Shown: positions 58,044 through 64,000 of the stretch, one piece after another | Numbering within the stretch: position 1 is the first letter of the stretch | How the letters are laid out: each line of letters opens with the position of its first letter | NCBI GenBank assembly: GCA_963784375.1 | Contig: CAWAQY010000001.1 | Coordinates: 219,788 to 283,787 of the forward strand | DNA length: 64,000 bases | DNA from: an uncultured Chloroflexia bacterium | Lineage (GTDB): Bacteria > Chloroflexota > Dehalococcoidia > GIF9 > UBA5629 | Direction of reading: 5' to 3' | The notes under the pieces: generated by a model | What the model was told of the DNA's origin: nothing | The model's input: only the letters and a program-made list of their open reading frames with translations | Databases searched by the model: none | Program-made: the position numbers and the translations under genes

Positions 58044-59236
58044 TATATGTCCCCCGCTGCCGTTGCTGGTTCCTCAGTATTCTTTGTGCTGATCTGGTAA
58101 ACCAGAACCTTATATCCCGATTCTTTCAAATTGTTTAAGATACTATCCATTGCTTCAGAGATAGTATAGAAGATAAAAATCAGGGTGGTCCCCCAGGGCA
58201 AGTTCCTTCGTTCTTCATTGAGAAAACTTTCGAATGGGATATGAGATATTCGGGTAGTTTTAGCCAGCATTTCCAACATTGTTACCAGTTGATAAGAGCT
58301 GCTTCCCGGTAATATCCTGGCTGGTTGATGGGAATCTGCCAGACGTGTATTAACAAATAAGCCAACAGCATTCCCTGCATCCATGATACGCTTGGCAAAT
58401 GAAGCTGCAGTGCTTATTGCGTGCTCGAAATCCTCGGGGGTACCGTCATCGGCAAAACCGTCCACAGCTAAAAACAATGCTACATCAAGTGTTGTAGTTG
58501 GTTCAAAAACTTTCACCTGCAGGTTTTGTCTTCTCGCAGTTGCTTTCCAATGGATTCGTCTCAGGCTGTCGTGCGGATTATAGTCACGTACACCCATGAT
58601 ACGGGTTGGATCATCGAAAATACGTTTTTCAGCCCTGGAATCTCCGATCGGATATAAAAAGGGAATCTGGCCAGGTTCCACAGGAAAGATTTGGGGGTAG
58701 ACAATTACGTAATCGGAGGAGGTTTCATCGATAGTCCGGGGATAAAAACCGAAGATATCTCCGGAGGTTATTCTGGAAGGTCCTATCTTGAAATAGCCTC
58801 TTTTCGGGCACTGCAATTCAGTTTTCCAGGTTATTTTGGAATACCATAATAATGCTGCCGCTCTGCTTAAAAAACCGTATCCGGGACGGTTTTCAGGAAT
58901 TGAAAAGACATCAGGGGCAAATCCAAGGGGTAGCTGATGGTCAACCTGTACCCATGGCAAAGGAAGTAGTTTACGATTGGAAAGCTGCAGTTTTAACTCG
59001 ATACGTTCTCCCGGAAACACGCGCTTCTCACTAAGAATCTGCTGGCAGCTCACGTTTATCAGCGAAAGACGGCTGAATAGCTTGGAGAATCCAGCGGAAG
59101 CCATAACCAGTCCAAGAATTATGGTGATTACAATCTGACCATTCCACGCTGCGAGCAGCATACAACAAAATAAGACTATTAGTCCGATCTTACTTAAAAG
59201 AAAGCCCGCAGGTTGGGATGAAAAACGTTCTTCCAT
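58043..59236 (-). CDS. DUF58-family (vWA-like) protein with N-terminal TM helices
   Basis: ..VRDYNPHDSLRRIHWKATARRQNLQVKVFEPTT.. is the DUF58 signature; intact 397 aa. Confidence 0.85.
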   Translation of the reverse strand: MEERFSSQPAGFLLSKIGLIVLFCCMLLAAWNGQIVITIILGLVMASAGFSKLFSRLSLINVSCQQILSEKRVFPGERIELKLQLSNRKLLPLPWVQVDHQLPLGFAPDVFSIPENRPGYGFLSRAAALLWYSKITWKTELQCPKRGYFKIGPSRITSGDIFGFYPRTIDETSSDYVIVYPQIFPVEPGQIPFLYPIGDSRAEKRIFDDPTRIMGVRDYNPHDSLRRIHWKATARRQNLQVKVFEPTTTLDVALFLAVDGFADDGTPEDFEHAISTAASFAKRIMDAGNAVGLFVNTRLADSHQPARILPGSSSYQLVTMLEMLAKTTRISHIPFESFLNEERRNLPWGTTLIFIFYTISEAMDSILNNLKESGYKVLVYQISTKNTEEPATAAGDI

Positions 59237-59291
59237 GTTAGAACTTCAGGATGACCTGGATAAATTATCGCTGTTAAATTACCGGGATATC

Positions 59292-59849
59292 TTAATACTT
59301 TATCAAAGTAAAAATTGGGATATCGGGTAGCTTTTCTCTTCCTTTTAGATCCGCCAGTTCGATAAGGAAAGCAGCGCCAACAATATTTGCTTTCATTTCT
59401 TTTAACATTTTTACTACGGCCTCGACGGTCCCGCCGGTGGCTACCACGTCATCTACTATTAATACATTTTGTCCAGGGCTCACTGCATCCTGATGGACTT
59501 CGAGTTGGTCCTGTCCGTATTCCAGCGAGTAGCTCTTCCTATATACCTTCCAGGGAAGTTTGCCCTTCTTTCGTACAGGAACCAGACCGCTGCCAAGGCA
59601 GTAGGCAAGTGCCGAACCGACAATAAATCCCCTGGCTTCGATACTGACTATGACATCAATTTTCTGATTGCTATAATGGCTGGCTATGCAATCGATTGCC
59701 CGTTTAAATGCAGGGCCGTTTTTAAGAAGGTTAGTAATATCTCTAAAAATTATACCGGGTTTGGGAAAATCAGGAATATCCCGACAGTATTTACTGAAAT
59801 CCTCCTCCCGGCTTGATGCAATATTTGAGATTTTTTGTTTGCGATCCAC
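59292..59849 (-). CDS. apt: Adenine phosphoribosyltransferase
   Basis: ..IPDFPKPGIIFRDIT.., ..VLIVDDVVATGGT.. Confidence 0.9.
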   Translation of the reverse strand: MDRKQKISNIASSREEDFSKYCRDIPDFPKPGIIFRDITNLLKNGPAFKRAIDCIASHYSNQKIDVIVSIEARGFIVGSALAYCLGSGLVPVRKKGKLPWKVYRKSYSLEYGQDQLEVHQDAVSPGQNVLIVDDVVATGGTVEAVVKMLKEMKANIVGAAFLIELADLKGREKLPDIPIFTLIKY

Positions 59850-59982
59850 TATAGTTCTCCTATCCTCTGTTAATTGCTAGTGAATTGTACATCGAAGTTT
59901 TAAATAATAAAAGGGTACATACCTCGCAATTCGGAAACATGGCATTTTTAAAAAATATTTAATAAAGCGAGTGTCAATATTA

Positions 59983-60038
59983 TTGACAAGTTTTGGATTG
60001 GTGTTATAATAAGCGCAAAGTTTGTGGGAAATTCCCAC
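59983..60038 (+). promoter_or_regulatory. Consensus sigma70-type promoter plus palindromic operator candidate for the TA pair
   Basis: TTGACA (59983-59988), 16 nt, TATAAT (60005-60010), then GTGGGA-AAT-TCCCAC at 60024-60038. Confidence 0.5.
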
Positions 60039-60072
60039 TTTGTTTATTATCCCACTGATTGCGAGTTATTCA

Positions 60073-60372
60073 ATGACACTTATAATAAAAGATGAAGAAC
60101 TAAAAAAGGTAGCAGAAAATGTAAAGCCCGATGCTAAAAGGCGTGTCCTCTTACCAAAAATTTTAGTATCAAAAGGTGTTATGTTTCATATATATACTAC
60201 TAGAACAGGTGAAATTATTTTTAAACCCCAAGTAACTATACCGGCATCTGAAGCATGGTTATTCAAGGACAGAAATACATTGGCATTACTCGATAAGAGC
60301 ATGATTGAGTCAGCTAAGGGACGAGTAACCAAGAGGGGTTCTTTCGCAAAATACGCAAAACATGAAGCGTGA
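60073..60372 (+). CDS. AbrB/SpoVT-like type II antitoxin candidate
   Basis: MTLIIKDEE..AKRRVLLPKILVSKGVMFHIYTTRTGEIIFKP..ASEAWLFKDRNTLALLDKSMIESAKGR. It overlaps the toxin start by 11 nt. I chose the start at the ATG at 60073. Confidence 0.55.
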   Translation: MTLIIKDEELKKVAENVKPDAKRRVLLPKILVSKGVMFHIYTTRTGEIIFKPQVTIPASEAWLFKDRNTLALLDKSMIESAKGRVTKRGSFAKYAKHEA

Positions 60373-60688
60373 ACTTCGTTTCTCTTCTACTGCTGACGAG
60401 CAATTGACTTCGATAGAAAATAATCCTGCATTAGAGGGTGTCGTTAAACAAGTCAGAAAAACACTAGGGTTTTTAGAAACAAACCTTCGGGCTAAATCTC
60501 TTCAAACTCATGAATTTGAGTCATTAACAAGGCGTTACGGGAAGAAAGTATTTGAGGCTTATTGCCAACAAAATACTCCGGGAGCTTATAGAGTTTTTTG
60601 GCATTATGGACCTGACGAGAAAACCAGGGGTGGTGATCACATCCCTATTATTACCGTGGTGCTTATAACGCCACACCTAGAATCATAG
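60362..60688 (+). CDS. RelE/ParE-superfamily type II toxin candidate
   Basis: 108 aa; the ..TPGAYRVFWHYGPDE..IPIITVVLITPH ending is typical of RelE/ParE-fold toxins. Confidence 0.55.
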   Translation: MKRELRFSSTADEQLTSIENNPALEGVVKQVRKTLGFLETNLRAKSLQTHEFESLTRRYGKKVFEAYCQQNTPGAYRVFWHYGPDEKTRGGDHIPIITVVLITPHLES

Positions 60689-60818
60689 AGGTTTAGGTTT
60701 TCCACCTAGCTAAAGCCGCTTTTTAGTTTTACCGGGCGATTCGACGTAAACCATGAATCTGTTAGGGAGCGTGAGATTCTTTCCTGGGCTTTAGAAGGGT
60801 CAGGGACTTAGAGCAGCC

Positions 60819-62009
60819 TTAACCCTCATTACGAACGCTGACTAGGAAGTCCTTAATCCCTTTGAATCCTCCAATCAATTGCCGGGCCCTGGAGTAGCTG
60901 AGGTCGCCTCGAGCAAAATAACAGCAGCCTCTCCACACCCTGGCATCAAAGTACAGCAGTTTGACTACTATCTGGGGAAAATGCACAAACAATTTTTGTA
61001 GTACCCTGGCAATCTTTAGTTCGGGCATTAATGTTTCATCAACTGCCCTTTGATAGCTGGCAAGACCAGATGTCCCCTGACTCAGACATTCCTTAATTGA
61101 ACTTGCCGCCAGGAGAGAACTCTGCATTGCATTATGAATACCCTCCCCCGAAAGCGGATCAGCAAGCCCTGCGGCATCACCAACAAGCGCAATACGGTTT
61201 ATTGCGAGATGAGGTTCCCTTTTGACTAAGGGAATTAAGGCTCCACCCCTGTGAATAATCGAGGCATTTTTAAGCTTAAGAGACCGCAGAAACTCATCGA
61301 AATATTTGTTCATTTCCCTTACTTTCGGAAGTATGGTAGCAATTCCAATTGCAATGTGGTCGGATTTTGGGAAAACCCAGGCATACCCGCCAGGTATGCG
61401 TCCGACATCGATGAAAATTTTCCCTTTCCATCTGGCCATGTCGTTTTCACTGGCTGAAACCTCAGCATTTATTCCCGCTACATGTTCGAAAGTATTTTGG
61501 AAACCGGCTTCTTTAGCTATGAGGCTGTGCGAACCATCTGCTCCAACCACAAAAAGTGCGCGCACTTTATGAGAACGTGTATGCAACTCTACATAGTCAG
61601 TGTGGGTTTTCAGGCCTATCACAGGTTCATTTTGCCAGATCAAGGCTCCCGATTCTTCAGCTTTCTTTGCCAGTGCATAATCAAACTGGTCGCGCCTTAC
61701 CGTGTATATAAGCTCATCCGCACATTTACCCTGAAATGAGCCGATATTCTTGAATGATACGTTTATCGTGGCTATCTTATCTTCAAAGAATCTACTAATA
61801 TCCAGAGGCAGGTTCTTTACTGCTTTGCTGGTAAGGCCTCCTGCGCAGCATTTGTATCTGGGCAGCTTCTCCTTTTCTATGATAAGCGTTGATATGCCGG
61901 CCTTTGCCAATTCATAACCAAGGATACAGCCCGCAGGCCCAGCGCCAACAACGATTACATCAAACCTATATTCCAACTGTAGTTTCCGCCCGTTTTCTTG
62001 CCTATACAT
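60819..62009 (-). CDS. Geranylgeranyl reductase-family FAD-dependent oxidoreductase
   Basis: FDVIVVGAGPAGCILGYELAKAG..LIIEK..CCAGGL.., ..VGDAAGLADPLSGEGI.. Confidence 0.8.
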   Translation of the reverse strand: MYRQENGRKLQLEYRFDVIVVGAGPAGCILGYELAKAGISTLIIEKEKLPRYKCCAGGLTSKAVKNLPLDISRFFEDKIATINVSFKNIGSFQGKCADELIYTVRRDQFDYALAKKAEESGALIWQNEPVIGLKTHTDYVELHTRSHKVRALFVVGADGSHSLIAKEAGFQNTFEHVAGINAEVSASENDMARWKGKIFIDVGRIPGGYAWVFPKSDHIAIGIATILPKVREMNKYFDEFLRSLKLKNASIIHRGGALIPLVKREPHLAINRIALVGDAAGLADPLSGEGIHNAMQSSLLAASSIKECLSQGTSGLASYQRAVDETLMPELKIARVLQKLFVHFPQIVVKLLYFDARVWRGCCYFARGDLSYSRARQLIGGFKGIKDFLVSVRNEG

Positions 62010-62256
62010 AGTATCAATATAGCCAGGTCAATGTAAAAAGAGCCTGGTTATTGGTTCTCATGTTAAAATAACAAATCTGGTTATATTTCAACCTTGAATT
62101 GCCGAAAGAATAATAGTATTATTCTGAACAGTGAATCCGGGGTAAACCTTCGTTTAGTAAAAACCGAAACACCTTTTTTACCTCATATTTACTGTCCATT
62201 TACCAAAATTTTTACTATCTACTGCTACACTGAACTCAGAAAAAGCAGGTGCAGAA

Positions 62257-63009
62257 ATGACTCAAGTCTTGTTGATGTCCAACGACCCGATTTTTAAAAG
62301 TAAAAGCGTTGAGGTAATAGCCAGGGCGGGGTTCAAAGTAACCGATGTCTCAGATGCTTTTGACGGACTGCTGCTGGTTGATCGAGACGGCTTTTCCACA
62401 ATCATTATCGATGAGGAACTCGCCGATATTGACGGTTACAAGGCTTTTGAAAAAACGCGACAGTACTCGCAGGTCCCCTTGATAATGCTGGGATCGGACC
62501 CTCCAGAAGATGTGTGGAACAGGATTAACAAACAAAAATTTGATGTCTATTTAAAAAAGCCAGTCAGCCCCGGAGACCTTGTGGAACAAATCAAAATGGC
62601 GATAAGTAGACCTTTTTCTGAGGATAATGCGAAGCCAACCCGGGCGCCCGAAACTACAGATGAAATGCCCTTTGAGCCGGAAACAGAAAAAAAGGCTGCT
62701 CTCAGCCGGGCAGTAGAATCACCGATACCTGCTAAAGAAGTTCGTCCACCCGTTAAGCCGGATGAAATTAACCGGGGAGCGGCTGTCTCTTCCCAAAGCG
62801 ACTCTATAGAAGTCATGATAGCCGGCCTGGAATGTCAGATTCTCAAGATAAAAACGGCTATTACCAGGATTGATCAGCTACGAGGCAAGATAGATGAGAC
62901 AAAGGCTATAGTTCAGCAACAACAGCAAGGCCTCGATTCCATGGAAAGTAAACTGCAGGAAATTAACGACCAGCTAAAAGGTATTTTAGGCGATTCCGAT
63001 ATTAAATAG
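62257..63009 (+). CDS. Orphan receiver-domain protein with a degenerate acidic pocket and a C-terminal coiled coil
   Basis: VLLMSND replaces the usual DD pair, while IIIDEELADIDG, LIMLGS and YLKKP are retained. The C-terminal half is Pro/Glu-rich followed by heptad-like ..IDQLRGKIDETKAIVQQQQQGLDSMESKLQEINDQLK. Confidence 0.6.
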   Translation: MTQVLLMSNDPIFKSKSVEVIARAGFKVTDVSDAFDGLLLVDRDGFSTIIIDEELADIDGYKAFEKTRQYSQVPLIMLGSDPPEDVWNRINKQKFDVYLKKPVSPGDLVEQIKMAISRPFSEDNAKPTRAPETTDEMPFEPETEKKAALSRAVESPIPAKEVRPPVKPDEINRGAAVSSQSDSIEVMIAGLECQILKIKTAITRIDQLRGKIDETKAIVQQQQQGLDSMESKLQEINDQLKGILGDSDIK

Positions 63010-63019
63010 GTTGTAATTA

Positions 63020-63064
63020 CCTCCTCCTTGGAGGGAGAGAACTCCAGCGAGGGGGAACCCCCTC
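63020..63064. repeat. Family C palindromic repeat copy between convergent genes
   Basis: CCTCCTCCTTGGAGGGAGAGAACTCCAGCGAGGGGGAACCCCCTC, with hairpins CTCC..GGAG and GAGGGGG/CCCCCTC. Confidence 0.75.
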
Positions 63065-63065
63065 A

Positions 63066-63779
63066 TCACTTTGCCATTGCCCTGGCTTTTAAATCTGACG
63101 GCATTTTTTCGATAGCATACCTTAAAGCTGTCCGAGGCATAATATTCTTATGTTTCATTACGTAGGCAAACACTTCGTCCTGATGAGTTCTACTGGCTTC
63201 TTTGAGCATCCAACCATAGCCTTTTTGAACCATATCATCCCTATCCAGCAACAAGTTATCGGCAATTTCAAAAACGCTGTCAAGAAAATTTCCTTTTCTG
63301 GCAGGTAATATCAAAGTTACTGCTGCAGCTCGTCTTACCCAGCGATTCGGCGACTTTGTCCAGGTCTTCAAATGCTGTATATAGTCGGGATACTTTTCAA
63401 TAAACGACCCTATCGTATGGTTGCATAACGTATCGCATTTTGCCCAATTATTGACGTAACTCTCAACCCAGGTTTCAAACGTTTTGAAGTCCTCAGGCAT
63501 GTAAGAGTTGCGCAGCCGGTACGCCCAATCAAATGCGATAATGGCTTCTTCAATGTAATCGGACTTCAAGAGCTGTTCGCATAGCCCAAATATATACTTT
63601 TTGTCCTTATTTTTAAGGTCGGGAAAATATTTGACCGCCAGTTTTACAACTTCGGCGGACTTAACCCCGTAGCACTTCACTTCCTCTTTGAAAAAGGATT
63701 GGAAGCTGGCTTTTGTTTTTTCATCCGCCTGCTGTTTGAGTTCATTTCGAATAATGGATAGTATCCTCGAAGTTGGCAT
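63066..63779 (-). CDS. DNA alkylation repair (AlkD-like HEAT-repeat) protein
   Basis: ..WVESYVNNWAKCDTLCNH.., ..RWVRRAAAVTLI.., ..GYGWMLKEAS.., 237 aa. Confidence 0.75.
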   Translation of the reverse strand: MPTSRILSIIRNELKQQADEKTKASFQSFFKEEVKCYGVKSAEVVKLAVKYFPDLKNKDKKYIFGLCEQLLKSDYIEEAIIAFDWAYRLRNSYMPEDFKTFETWVESYVNNWAKCDTLCNHTIGSFIEKYPDYIQHLKTWTKSPNRWVRRAAAVTLILPARKGNFLDSVFEIADNLLLDRDDMVQKGYGWMLKEASRTHQDEVFAYVMKHKNIMPRTALRYAIEKMPSDLKARAMAK

Positions 63780-63853
63780 TCCTCATAATACCATACTGGT
63801 GATTATTACGGCCTCAGGTTAGCTATAATTGTCGTGAATACTCTTTTGAAAAT

Positions 63854-63885
63854 AAAGAGAGGCAGAAATAATTCTGCCTCTCTTT
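63854..63885 (-). terminator. Rho-independent terminator for a minus-strand gene ending near 63946
   Basis: 13-bp perfect stem AAAGAGAGGCAGA/TCTGCCTCTCTTT with a 6-nt loop, followed on the minus strand by ATTTTCAAAAG. Confidence 0.55.
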
Positions 63886-64000
63886 ATCGATGCTACGAAA
63901 GATATTGAGGATACTTAATATTGATCTAAGAAGAGGTACTCACTTAGACCTTATTTCCTATCTCCCACAGCACGAACCTGCAGAAAGACCGGTAACCGCA

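Noticed and set aside
63946-64000. Minus-strand coding tail (..CGYRSFCRFVLWEIGNKV*) entering from the right window edge
   Set aside because: Only about 18 codons are visible, which is too short to call. I kept only the terminator that follows it.

Overview
This is a 64 kb bacterial chromosome segment. The gene content suggests an anaerobe, possibly Chloroflexota-like, but that taxon is a guess from content only (tungsten AOR, UbiD, PAC2, ADP-forming acetyl-CoA synthetase). I can support about 60 protein genes, tRNA-Arg(UCG), tRNA-His(GUG), one truncated tRNA-Arg fragment, several consensus sigma70-like promoters and hairpin terminators, a 27-bp coding tandem repeat, and three families of short intergenic palindromic repeats. 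There is no CRISPR array, rRNA, transposase or integrase. Main blocks, in order: kdpA/kdpD; a catabolic cluster (UbiD, TRAP binding protein, LUD, M24-like, radical-SAM-like, PrpD, AOR, 2-hydroxyacid dehydrogenase); an AT-rich 4-gene cyclic-nucleotide operon bracketed by tRNA-Arg sequences; usp-trkA; housekeeping genes; folate genes; a 13-gene co-directional carboxyltransferase/TCA super-operon; DUF58/DUF4129/MoxR; and a RelE/ParE-type TA pair. The assembly carries about 45 frame disruptions by my reading, many at homopolymers, so many ORF-track entries are fragments of single genes. I merged those fragments and give approximate shift positions. The most interesting candidates are the tRNA-bracketed low-GC signalling islet, the uncharacterised radical-SAM-like protein inside the AOR/PrpD cluster, and the mosaic repeat arrays. 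All functional calls come from motif recognition by eye and no database search was possible.
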